Part shown: positions 40,815 to 49,429 of the stretch, piece after piece
Layout: every line of letters starts with the position of its first letter
How positions within the stretch are numbered: the first letter of the stretch is position 1
Assembly: GCA_964291285.2 (NCBI GenBank)
Contig: OZ219788.1
Coordinates: 416,001-480,000, forward strand
Direction of reading: 5' to 3'
Length of the DNA: 64,000 bases
Source: Alphaproteobacteria bacterium
GTDB lineage: Bacteria > Pseudomonadota > Alphaproteobacteria > Bin95
Notes under the pieces: model-generated
What the model was told of the DNA's origin: nothing
Database searches by the model: none
What the model saw: the letters and a program-made list of their open reading frames with translations, nothing else
Made by a program: the position numbers and the translations under genes

Positions 40815-41207
40815 ATGAACGCAATGGACTCCAGCAACCTCATCTCCTGGACAATGGCCCACCCGGATGCGGCGACCGCGCTCGCCACCATGGCGCTGGT
40901 GGCCGCAGGCGTCGCCATCGGCCTCGGCCAGATCGGCGTTGTCTTCTACGGCATATGGAAGATGGGCGAAGGCAACAAGGCGCGGGCCGAACAGCACCGC
41001 GAAGCCATGGATGCCGAGGCCAACAGGCACCAGGAAGCCATGGATGCCTACAAGGCAACCATGGATGCGCTCGCCGCCGAACGCGCGGCCAGCGAACGCC
41101 GCCACGAACAGGCGATGCAGGCCGACGAACGCCGCCACGAGCAGGGCATGAAGGCGCTGGACGCCCTGATCCGGAACACGGCGCCCGGGGCCGCTCCGGC
41201 CGCCTGA
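40815..41207 (+). CDS. Hypothetical membrane-anchored coiled-coil protein with (R)H(E/Q)(E/Q)AM repeats
   Basis: One TM segment, then QHREAM, RHQEAM, RRHEQAM, RRHEQGM; strong GC3 codon bias; downstream hairpin CCGCCCG-CCTC-CGGGCGG. Confidence 0.7.
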   Translation: MNAMDSSNLISWTMAHPDAATALATMALVAAGVAIGLGQIGVVFYGIWKMGEGNKARAEQHREAMDAEANRHQEAMDAYKATMDALAAERAASERRHEQAMQADERRHEQGMKALDALIRNTAPGAAPAA

Positions 41208-41256
41208 TTCCCCGCCGATAACCCGCCCGCCTCCGGGCGGCGCCATCCCCTCCGGC

Positions 41257-41388
41257 GTAATGCTTCCGTTATCGGGTGATGGATTGAGATTTCAGCGATT
41301 GAGGGTTTGTTTCCAGTCTCGTTTCAGCGGGCGCAGCCAGATGTCCTTTCTGGGTTCGGCGCGCCTCATGAGGGTGTCGTAGCGGCCG
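41257..41388. repeat. 132-bp perfect terminal inverted repeat, left copy
   Basis: Exact reverse complement of 44735-44866; first mismatch at 41389/44734. Confidence 0.95.
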
Positions 41389-41400
41389 TGCAAAGGCTTC

Positions 41401-41436
41401 TGGTAACGCCTTTGACGATTCGCTATTGTCGCGCGC
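41401..41436 (+). promoter_or_regulatory. Putative leaderless-mRNA promoter of tnpC (conserved in both transposons)
   Basis: TGGTAA-N17-TATTGT-N7-ATG here; TGGTAA-N17-TACGGT-N7-ATG on the minus strand at 40062-40027; no SD in either. Confidence 0.55.
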
Positions 41437-43953
41437 ATGGCGATGCGCGACGGGGATTTCGGGACAGCGCTGGCGCTGCCGGAGGGGGAGGAGGCGATCT
41501 GGTCGCCTCCGATGTCGGCGGTGCCGAGCGAGCTGCGCGACTGGCGGGCGCGGGCGGAAGCGGCGGAAGCGCGTATCAAGGAGTTGCTCCGGACGGAGAG
41601 GGCCGCGCGTTCCCGGGCGGGTTCTCTGAAGTGGCAGCTCGACAGGAGCCGGACCAGGCTGAAGGCGGCCGTCGAGGAGACGGCGCGTATTCGCCGTGCG
41701 GCGAAGGATGCACTGTTCCATCAGGCGGAGGTGGCGCGGCTGGAGAAGCTGCTTGCGGAAGCCGGCGTCGATTCGAGAAAGGGCGCGAACGGACGACTGC
41801 GGAGGGAGAACGCCCGGCTGCACAAGGCGCTGGAGCGAGCGCAGGAGCAGAAGGACAAGATCGCGTCCTTGCGCGGGGAGATATCGGCGCTGCGGAAGTC
41901 GGAACGGGCGGCGCAGGCGTCCCTGTCGAGGGAAGGCGCCAGGTTGAGCAAAGCCCTGGAGCGGACGGACCGGCAGGAGGACATGATCGAGGCGCTGCGC
42001 ACGGAACTGCGCGAGGCGCACAAGGCAACAGCACGACTGGACAAGGAAGTCGCGCGGCTCGGCATGGAGGTCGCGGCGCTCGGCGAGGAGGCGTCGGCGT
42101 CGACGGTCCTGGCGGACGCGATCAAGGCGTTGCGCGCGGAGAATGCCGCCCTGCAGAAGACGGCGAGGGCCTTGGAGAGCCGGTGCAAATGGCTCGACAG
42201 CGAGAACGCCGATCTTCACTGGTCGATCGGAAAATCCCTGGAATATCGGCAGCGGCTCGAAGCCCGGCATCGCGACGAGACCGACCGTCTGCACCGGGAG
42301 ATTGCGCGGGAGCGTTCGTATCGTGCGCGGTCGTGGGAACGCCAACAGGCCGTCGTCGGGCCCCTGAGCAAGCGGCTTGTCCAGCATCGCAAGGCGACCG
42401 TGCGGGCGAAGGACGTCATCGAATCGGTGCGCCGGCGCAACGCCCGACTGCGCACCGAGGTGCGGGAGTTGCGGGCCGAGAGGACAGCGCTGGCCTCGCG
42501 CGCCGAGACGCTGGAAGCCCAGGTCGAGAAGCTGCGCTCGACCCGCAGCGTTCTGTCGAAGGCGCTGTTCGGCAGCAGGAGCGAGAAGCAGAAGAAAGCC
42601 GGCACGGGGCGCAAGCGCGGCCAGCAGCCCGGCGCGCCGGGCCACGGCCGTACCAGGCGGCCCGGTCTCCGGGAGAAGAAGGAACGGCGCAACCCGCCCA
42701 AGGATGCGCGCCTCTGTTCCTGCTGCGGCAAGCCCTATGTCGCCAACGGCGAGCGTTCCACGAGCCTCATCGAGATCGAGGTCAAGGCTCACATCCGCAG
42801 GATCGAGCGGCCGCGCTGGCGCCGGGGTTGCGAGTGTGTGTCGTCGCCGCTGGAGGCGACCGCGCCGCCGGTGGCGCGGCTGTTCCCCGGAACGCTCTAC
42901 GGAACCGGCTTCTGGGCACGGTTCCTGTTCGAGCACTGTGCGTGCCTGCGCCCGCTGAGCCGGGTCGCAGCGTGGTATGCCGACCAGGGCCTGCCGGTCT
43001 CGGCGGGCACGCTGGCCAACAGCCTGAAGCGCTTCGTGCCGCTGTTCGACCCGATCCACAAGGCGATCCTCGCGCATCAGAACCGGACAACGGTGCGCCA
43101 TGCCGACGAGACCGGCTGGCGGGTGCAGGAGTTCCGCCGCAACGGCCGGTCGAGCCGCGCCTGGCTGTGGACTTCGGTCAGCAAGGACGCGGTCTACTTC
43201 CTTATCGATCCCTCGCGCAGCGCCGAGGTCGCGAAGACCCTGTTCGGCGACACCGATTGCACCGTGTTCGTGGTCTGCGACCGCTACAGCGCCTACAGGA
43301 AGCTGGCGCGCGAACTCGACGGCAAGGCGATCCTCTGCTTCTGTTGGGCGCATCAGAGGCGCGACTTCGTCGAGGGCGCCGCCGGCCATGCGCGGCTGGC
43401 CCGCTGGTGCGAGGGATGGATCGAGCGGATCGGGGAGATCTACCGCCTGAACGACGAAAGGCTGAAGCATTACGACCCCGCTCGCGCTCTCGAACGCCAG
43501 ACGCCGGCCTTCGACGCGGCGCAGGACAAGTTGAAGAAGGTGGTCGAGCGCCTGTTCGCGGACGCCGTGGCGGAGTTGGCCGGCCTGCCGGAAAAAGCGC
43601 GCAAGGCAAAGGCCCTGCGCTCGCTGCTCAAGCATCGCGAAGGGTTGTGCGTCTTCGTCGACAATCCCCAGGTTCCGATGGACAACAATCTCGCCGAACG
43701 CGTGCTCCGCGGGCCGGTCATCGGACGCCGGGCGAGCTTCGGTTCCAACAGCGAGGACGGCGCGAAGTTCACCGCGATCATGTACTCGGTCGTGGGTACG
43801 CTCTCGATCAACGGCATCAATGTCCTGCGCTGGCTGGAGGCATGGCTCGAAGCCTGCGCGAAGGACGGCGGCAAACCGCCGGAAGACCTGTCCCCGTGGC
43901 TGCCCTGGACGATGAGCGAGGCGCGCAGGCGCAAGTTCACGGCGCAGGAATGA
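41437..43953 (+). CDS. tnpC: IS66-family DDE transposase with extended N-terminal coiled coil, copy B
   Basis: About 365 aa coiled-coil region, then KALFGSRSE, CSCCG, HADET, VCDRY, CWAHQRR, MDNNLAER. Confidence 0.92.
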   Translation: MAMRDGDFGTALALPEGEEAIWSPPMSAVPSELRDWRARAEAAEARIKELLRTERAARSRAGSLKWQLDRSRTRLKAAVEETARIRRAAKDALFHQAEVARLEKLLAEAGVDSRKGANGRLRRENARLHKALERAQEQKDKIASLRGEISALRKSERAAQASLSREGARLSKALERTDRQEDMIEALRTELREAHKATARLDKEVARLGMEVAALGEEASASTVLADAIKALRAENAALQKTARALESRCKWLDSENADLHWSIGKSLEYRQRLEARHRDETDRLHREIARERSYRARSWERQQAVVGPLSKRLVQHRKATVRAKDVIESVRRRNARLRTEVRELRAERTALASRAETLEAQVEKLRSTRSVLSKALFGSRSEKQKKAGTGRKRGQQPGAPGHGRTRRPGLREKKERRNPPKDARLCSCCGKPYVANGERSTSLIEIEVKAHIRRIERPRWRRGCECVSSPLEATAPPVARLFPGTLYGTGFWARFLFEHCACLRPLSRVAAWYADQGLPVSAGTLANSLKRFVPLFDPIHKAILAHQNRTTVRHADETGWRVQEFRRNGRSSRAWLWTSVSKDAVYFLIDPSRSAEVAKTLFGDTDCTVFVVCDRYSAYRKLARELDGKAILCFCWAHQRRDFVEGAAGHARLARWCEGWIERIGEIYRLNDERLKHYDPARALERQTPAFDAAQDKLKKVVERLFADAVAELAGLPEKARKAKALRSLLKHREGLCVFVDNPQVPMDNNLAERVLRGPVIGRRASFGSNSEDGAKFTAIMYSVVGTLSINGINVLRWLEAWLEACAKDGGKPPEDLSPWLPWTMSEARRRKFTAQE

Positions 43954-44831
43954 CCGGCGCCGTCGAGTGCCGCTACTACGGGCGCGACTTCACCGCCGAC
44001 GAGATGGCGTTGCTGCGCGCCCTGATCGCCGCCAACCCGCAGCCGACCCGCGCCGCCCTGTCCAGAGAGTTCTGCCGGCGTATCGAGTGGTTCAAGCCCG
44101 ACGGCGGCCTCAAGGACATGATGGCCAAGGTGACCATGCTCGCCATGCACCGCGACGGCGTGATCGTCCTGCCGCCGCCGAGGGGAAAACAGGGCCGGCC
44201 CAGGCCCATCGTCTTCGGGCCCGACACCGAGCCGCCGCTGTTCCCGGCGCCGACGACCCTCGACGAGGTTCGCCCCCTCGACTTCCGCACGGTCGTGCGC
44301 GACACCCGCGATGGCAAGCTCTGGAACGAGTTCGTCGCCCGCTACCACTATCTCGGATACAAGCCCCTGGTCGGCGCCCAGATGCGCTACGCCGTCCATG
44401 ACCGGAACGGCTGGCCGCTGGCCATGCTCGGCTTCTCCACCGCCGCATGGAAGCTCGCCTCGCGCGACAGCTTCATCGGATGGTCGCCCGAGATGCGCGA
44501 AAAGAACCTGCCGCTGGTGGTCGACAACCCGCGCTTCCTGATATTGCCGTGGGTCGAGATCCCCAATCTCGGCTCGCACATCCTCGCCATCGTGCGACGG
44601 CGCCTGCCCACCGACTGGACCGAGCGCTACAACATCACGCCCGTGCTCATCGAGACCTTCGTCGAAACGCCCCGCTACTCCGGCGCCGTCTACAAGGCGT
44701 CGGGCTGGACCCGCGTCGGGACCACTCAGGGACGCGGCCGCTACGACACCCTCATGAGGCGCGCCGAACCCAGAAAGGACATCTGGCTGCGCCCGCTGAA
44801 ACGAGACTGGAAACAAACCCTCAATCGCTGA
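43950..44831 (+). CDS. DUF4338 (DruA-like) domain protein, copy B, 293 aa
   Basis: Colinear with copy A (about 83% identical by hand count); ATGA overlap with tnpC stop. Confidence 0.88.
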   Translation: MTGAVECRYYGRDFTADEMALLRALIAANPQPTRAALSREFCRRIEWFKPDGGLKDMMAKVTMLAMHRDGVIVLPPPRGKQGRPRPIVFGPDTEPPLFPAPTTLDEVRPLDFRTVVRDTRDGKLWNEFVARYHYLGYKPLVGAQMRYAVHDRNGWPLAMLGFSTAAWKLASRDSFIGWSPEMREKNLPLVVDNPRFLILPWVEIPNLGSHILAIVRRRLPTDWTERYNITPVLIETFVETPRYSGAVYKASGWTRVGTTQGRGRYDTLMRRAEPRKDIWLRPLKRDWKQTLNR

Positions 44832-44866
44832 AATCTCAATCCATCACCCGATAACGGAAGCATTAC
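44735..44866. repeat. 132-bp perfect terminal inverted repeat, right copy (overlaps 3' end of DUF4338 gene)
   Basis: Includes codons for GRYDTLMRRAEPRKDIWLRPLKRDWKQTLNR-stop. Confidence 0.95.
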
Positions 44867-44959
44867 CCTCCGGCAACGGGCCCTGCACGCGCAGCGGCCC
44901 GTTTCGCACCTCTGCGCCCTTCTCCGGCGCACCCCTCCCACCCTCATCGGAGACCCCCC

Positions 44960-45007
44960 ATGGACCTCACCCGAGACGCCATGCTCGTCAGCCTGCGGAT
45001 CAACAAC
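44960..45007 (+). pseudogene. 5' stub of a gene cut by IS1380 (DUF3150-like N-terminus)
   Basis: GGAGA RBS then MDLTRDAMLVSLRINN, ending exactly at the IS1380 IR. Confidence 0.45.
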
Positions 45008-46078
45008 CCTAAATCCGGCAGTTGACGAGCTTGATCGCTGTCTCGGGGTAGTGTGAACGGTCGGATTTGGGCGTGGATTTCAGCACGTGGTCGCGGCCCT
45101 GGGTGGCGGCAGCCAGGGTTGACGCCCCGGTTCGCGGCCATGGAGGTATTTCCTGAGCGCCTCGGCGAGGATGCGGCGCCAGCGATCCCCGGCGCTCAAC
45201 TGCTCCGCAGTTTGCGTCAGCGACCGGAAGAAGCCGGCGATCCGGCGCAGCGCCGCCATCACCGTCTTGCGACGCCCGTGATGGGAGGTCACCGTCAGCC
45301 GGGTCTGGCCGGCGTGGTGGGTCTGGCGGGCAACCCCGTGCAGGAGCAGCGGCCGGCTGGTGATCGCCTCGCGGTGATGGTCGGGGTCGGCGAGGCGCAC
45401 GAACAGGCTCCACCAGTTGTAGATGAGCGCGATCAGCCGGGCCATGTGCCGGCAGCGCGTCAGGTCGCGCGTGGTGAAGCCGCCCCAGCCCCACTGGTTC
45501 TTCAACTCGTCGAAGCCGTTCTCCGCGTCCGCCCGGTCGCGGTAGAGCTGGGCCAGCGAGCGTATCTCCAGGTCCAGCGAGGTCGCCAGCACCGCGAACT
45601 CCCACACCCCGGTGCCGGGCTGCGCCCCGGTCCGGAACAACTCGCCCCGGGCCTTGTCGCCACGCGTCAGCGCCAGCGTCGCAGGAAGCCGCCGACGCAG
45701 CACCACAACCCGGCGCGTCCGGCTCCAGCCCTGCAGACGCAGATCGGCCCCGATCCCCGACCAGCCCTGGCCCGCATCCTCCCAGCCGTCCCGCGCCATC
45801 AGCCGCCCGGCAAGCCGGCGCGCCCCCTTCGTCAGGCGCAGCTTGAACAGATAGTCCGGACCCGCAGCCTCGCACGACGCCATGTTGGCCTCGCTGCCCC
45901 AGTCCTTGTCGCCCCGCACCAGACGCGGCCAGCGATCCCGCCCAAGACGGTCGAGCAACGCCCACAAGGACGGCGCCGCGCGCCTCGAATGGTGATGGTT
46001 GCCCGGCGCCACCTCGACATCCGGAACAAGCCGCGTCCCCGCCATCACAAACGTCCATTGCCGGGCGGGTCGGCCACC
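45008..46078 (-). mobile_element. IS1380-family right-end fragment (transposase C-terminal part plus IRR)
   Basis: LVRGDKDWG, YLFKLRLT, LYRDRADAENGFDELKNQWGWGGFTT, YNWWSLFVRLA; IR CCTAAATCCGGCAGTTGA at 45008. Confidence 0.85.
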
Positions 46079-46300
46079 CCGTATCATGAAAACAGGTGCC
46101 GGCCGCGCGGGCGGGACTTCGGGCTTTTACGGGGTTGCCTACCGGTCACGGTCCGCAAGACGGGCGCCGCAGATGGCGAGTATCGGACGCCTCGGGAGCA
46201 GTGCTCTGGCGGGGAGGGGTTTTTTGCGCCCGATCCCCAACCATTTTCACGGCAAGACCCCGCCTGAGGGTCCTCGATCGGCTCCACGCCCGCCGCAAAC

Positions 46301-47650
46301 TCAGATCCCGATACCCTGCGGTCTACGTCGGATGCTTGCATCCGATCGCTCCGGATCCCCGGTTCTGCCCCGGAGGGAGGATCGCCCTCCCTCCGGTGAT
46401 GCCGACGCACCGGGCCTGGACGGCGCAGGTATGTCGGCCGATGCATCGCCATGCTCCGCCTCGTCCGACAGTGGGGGCGGTTTGGTGCTGTATCCCATGG
46501 CGCGCGCGATGGCGGCCGCAGCCTGCGCGGCGGCGTCGCGCATTGCGCCATCGTCGAGATGGGCGTAGATCGCGGTGGTCTCCCGCTTGCGGTGTCCGAG
46601 CAGCCGTCCGACCGTGGTGAGCCCGACGCCGTTCATGACGCCCTGCGAGGCCCAGGTGTGGCGGCAGTCGTGGATGCGAAGGCCCGGAAGCCCCGCCTCG
46701 TCGCGGATACCGCACCAGAAGGTGTAGAGCCTTGCCGATGTGAGGGTCTCGGGGAACACCCGCTCCCGGCCATCCGGTCGCGGCAGCGCCTCGACCAGCC
46801 TTGCCGCTTCGGGTCCGAGCCAGATGGTGCGCGGGCCGGTCTTGGAGTCTTCGATGCGCGCGCTCGCGCCGTCTCCGGCCAGCTCACCGATCTCGTCCCA
46901 CCTGAGGTTGATGACTTCGGAGAGCCGCGCTCCGGTCAGGGTCAGCAGCCGGATGGCCGCCACCGGCCAGGGGTGTTCCTCCCGGTGGCGGTCGAGCACC
47001 GCGCCGAGACGCTCCAGCTCTTCGCGGCTGAGGTAACGCGCGACGGGCTTGCGGGGGTTCTTCACGATGTTGGCGCAGGCATCGGGGACATGCTCGCCGA
47101 GGTCGCCCCACTGCCGGGCCGTCCCGAGCATGGCTCGGAGTATCTCGAAGGCGCGGTTGGCGGCGCCGGGCCTGTCCGCGCTGGCGGCGTCGAACCACGC
47201 CGAGACCCGCGCATGGTCGATGGCGTCGAGCCGGAGCCTGCCGAAATGCGGCATCAGGCGGTTCTTCAGGTAGATGTCGAAGGTCTTGAGCGAGGACGGC
47301 TTCCAGCGGTGTTTCCGCCGCGAGCGGTAACGGGCGGCGAAGTCCCGGAACAGCGGCGCCTTCTCCTTGCGCGGCGGCGTCACGTCTTCGCCGCCCCACA
47401 GGCGGGCGAGCACGGCTGCGCCTTCCCGGCGCGCCGCGTCGAGAGGCAGTTCGGGGAAGCGCCCGAGGGTGATCTTGCGCATGCGTCCCCGGACGCGGGT
47501 CTGGACGATCCAGGACCGGACGCCGGAGGGCTGCACCCTGACCCCGAAATGCGCCAGCAGATTGTCCCACAGGGTGTATTCCCGTTCCGCCGGCTTGGCG
47601 GCGGCGACGGCCTTCACGGTGAGCCGGACACGATGCCTGCCGCCGCTCAT
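46301..47650 (-). CDS. Tyrosine recombinase/integrase with arm-binding domain (second of tandem pair)
   Basis: N-terminal WD...FGVRVQPSGVRSW...ITLG; catalytic TGAR, DSKTG, HDCRH, LLGH, TAIYAH. Confidence 0.92.
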   Translation of the reverse strand: MSGGRHRVRLTVKAVAAAKPAEREYTLWDNLLAHFGVRVQPSGVRSWIVQTRVRGRMRKITLGRFPELPLDAARREGAAVLARLWGGEDVTPPRKEKAPLFRDFAARYRSRRKHRWKPSSLKTFDIYLKNRLMPHFGRLRLDAIDHARVSAWFDAASADRPGAANRAFEILRAMLGTARQWGDLGEHVPDACANIVKNPRKPVARYLSREELERLGAVLDRHREEHPWPVAAIRLLTLTGARLSEVINLRWDEIGELAGDGASARIEDSKTGPRTIWLGPEAARLVEALPRPDGRERVFPETLTSARLYTFWCGIRDEAGLPGLRIHDCRHTWASQGVMNGVGLTTVGRLLGHRKRETTAIYAHLDDGAMRDAAAQAAAAIARAMGYSTKPPPLSDEAEHGDASADIPAPSRPGASASPEGGRSSLRGRTGDPERSDASIRRRPQGIGI

Positions 47651-48783
47651 CGCCCGCTCTCCTTCCCGGTCATGGCCTCGTGGACGATGCCGGAGATGCG
47701 CCCGGCCGCCTCGCGGACATGCTCGTCGGCGAGATGGGCGTAGCGTTCGGTGGAGGCGGTATCGGCATGGCCGAGCAGGCGGCCGACGGTGTAGAGGTCG
47801 AGGCCGCTCATCACGGCATGGGAGGCGAAGGTATGCCGGCAGTCGTGGATGCGCACATCGTCCAGCCCGGCGAGACCGCGCAGCTTCTGCCAGCGCAGGC
47901 CGAGGTCGGTCATCGGGCCGTCGCCCTTCCCGTTCGGGAAGACGAAGCGTCCCTCGCGCGGCAGGCCAGTCAGGACGGCCCGCGCGGGCGGGGGAAGCTG
48001 GAGCGCCTTCGGTCCGGTCTTGGAGTCCGGCAACACCGCGCGGGTGTCCCGTATCCAGTCCCATTGCAGGCCGGCGATCTCGGATGACCGTGCGCCGGTG
48101 AACAGCAGCAGGCGGATGGCGGCGGCGGCCTGCCGGTCCTCCGCATGGTCGAGGACGAAGCCGAGGCGCTTCAACTCGTCCAGGGACAGGAAGCGCTCGC
48201 GCGGCGCCGTCCTGTAGCGCCGCATGTTGCGGCAGGGGTTGGAGCCCTGCGGGCGAAGGTTCCAGAGTTCCGCCTGCCGCATCATCACCGACAGCACCGG
48301 CAGGGTCCGGTTGGCGCTGCCGGGGGTTCCGCTGAGGGAATCGAACCAGCGCCGCACATCGGCGCGGTCGATCTTCGCGACGGGCATCGCGCCGAAGAAG
48401 GGCACGAGGCCGCGCTCGACCAGATGGGCGTTGGCCTTCCTCGTGGAGGGTTTCCAGCGCCGCCCCTGGCGGCGCATGAAGTCGGCCGCGAAGTCGGCGA
48501 ACAGCGGCCCGGTCTCGCGGTCGGCTTTGGCTTCGGCGATGGCGGCAATGGCCTTCTCCCTCGCCTCGGCGGCGGTCATGTCGTCGGTCGTGCCGAGGAT
48601 CGCCCTGGGCGCGCCGAACTGGCGTGAGGTCCGGACGAAGAAGGTCTTCGTCCCGTTCCCGGCGACGGTGAAGCCGAAGGCGGGCAGGTCCCTGTCGATG
48701 ACGGTCAGGCCGTATCGTCCGGGTTTCTTCTCCCTGAAGGTGCGGCGGACCGTCCGCTCGTTGACGGGGGCATGGATGCGCAT
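47647..48783 (-). CDS. Tyrosine recombinase/integrase with arm-binding domain (first of tandem pair)
   Basis: DRDLPAFGFTVAGNGTKTF; TGAR, DSKTG, HDCRH, LLGH, TERYAH; GGAGA RBS; ATGA overlap with the next integrase. Confidence 0.92.
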   Translation of the reverse strand: MRIHAPVNERTVRRTFREKKPGRYGLTVIDRDLPAFGFTVAGNGTKTFFVRTSRQFGAPRAILGTTDDMTAAEAREKAIAAIAEAKADRETGPLFADFAADFMRRQGRRWKPSTRKANAHLVERGLVPFFGAMPVAKIDRADVRRWFDSLSGTPGSANRTLPVLSVMMRQAELWNLRPQGSNPCRNMRRYRTAPRERFLSLDELKRLGFVLDHAEDRQAAAAIRLLLFTGARSSEIAGLQWDWIRDTRAVLPDSKTGPKALQLPPPARAVLTGLPREGRFVFPNGKGDGPMTDLGLRWQKLRGLAGLDDVRIHDCRHTFASHAVMSGLDLYTVGRLLGHADTASTERYAHLADEHVREAAGRISGIVHEAMTGKESGR

Positions 48784-49429
48784 GGGCGTGTCTCCGTTGT
48801 CTGTTCCCTCGGGCGCCGTCCGTCCCGGGGGAACGGAACGGCGCTCCTGAACGGACAACGCGACCCGCGCGGGGGATCGCGGCCACAGGGCGGATCAGGC
48901 CCAACCGTCTGTCACGCAACGGAAAACTGCCGACCGATGCAGGCCGGCCGGGCCTCGCTCCCTGCATCAAGGATGCGTCGGGTGTGTGAACCGAGGCCGC
49001 CCCGGGCGGTCCGAAGCGGCCTGATGTGCTGCATTGACGGTGGGGGGATCGACGCCGGCGAGAGCGACGGAGGGGAGCAGCCGCGGCGTTTGAGCGGCGG
49101 GCTGTGCGGCCGGAGGCGCCGGCAGTCGTGCGCAGCACGCTGCCGAAGGCTCGGGCGGTCATGTCCGCACGGGTGCGGACAGCGTTGCACGGCGCAGTGC
49201 GATGCGCGGTGCGCGGCGAAGCCGTCACCGGCGAGGCACGGAGTGCAGCGGCGGCGAGCCGGGGCGGTGCCCGCAGCCGGCCAGGGCGAGCGGGGCGCGT
49301 TCGCCGACGAGCGCGGTGCGCAGCGCCGGTGCGAGGAGACCGTTGCGGTCCGGCGGGCGGTGTGCGCATACGAAAACGGGCCACGCCGCCGCCGGAGCGG
49401 AGACGACGCGGCCCGTCGAGGTGCTGCGG

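Larger units (their letters stand above)
41257..44866 (+). mobile_element. IS66-like transposon B (coiled-coil TnpC + DUF4338), complete, 3610 bp
   Basis: Ends GTAATGCTTCC...GGAAGCATTAC; 8-bp TSD CCTCCGGC at 41249-41256 and 44867-44874. Confidence 0.95.

Noticed and set aside
41292-41579. 95-aa minus-strand ORF ending in the DUF4338 C-terminus
   Set aside because: By-product of the 132-bp inverted repeat; the rest is antisense to tnpC with no RBS
36983-44831. Druantia defence system
   Set aside because: Only DruA-like genes; no DruE helicase or other dru genes, and both copies lie inside transposon ends
41307-44831. 1174-aa ORF
   Set aside because: Alternate frame overlapping tnpC; only 43950-44831 matches the paralog in element A
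46079-46300. tRNA-derived att site or MITE downstream of the integrases
   Set aside because: No tRNA fold or CCA end; candidate inverted ends share only C(A/G)TGAAAA
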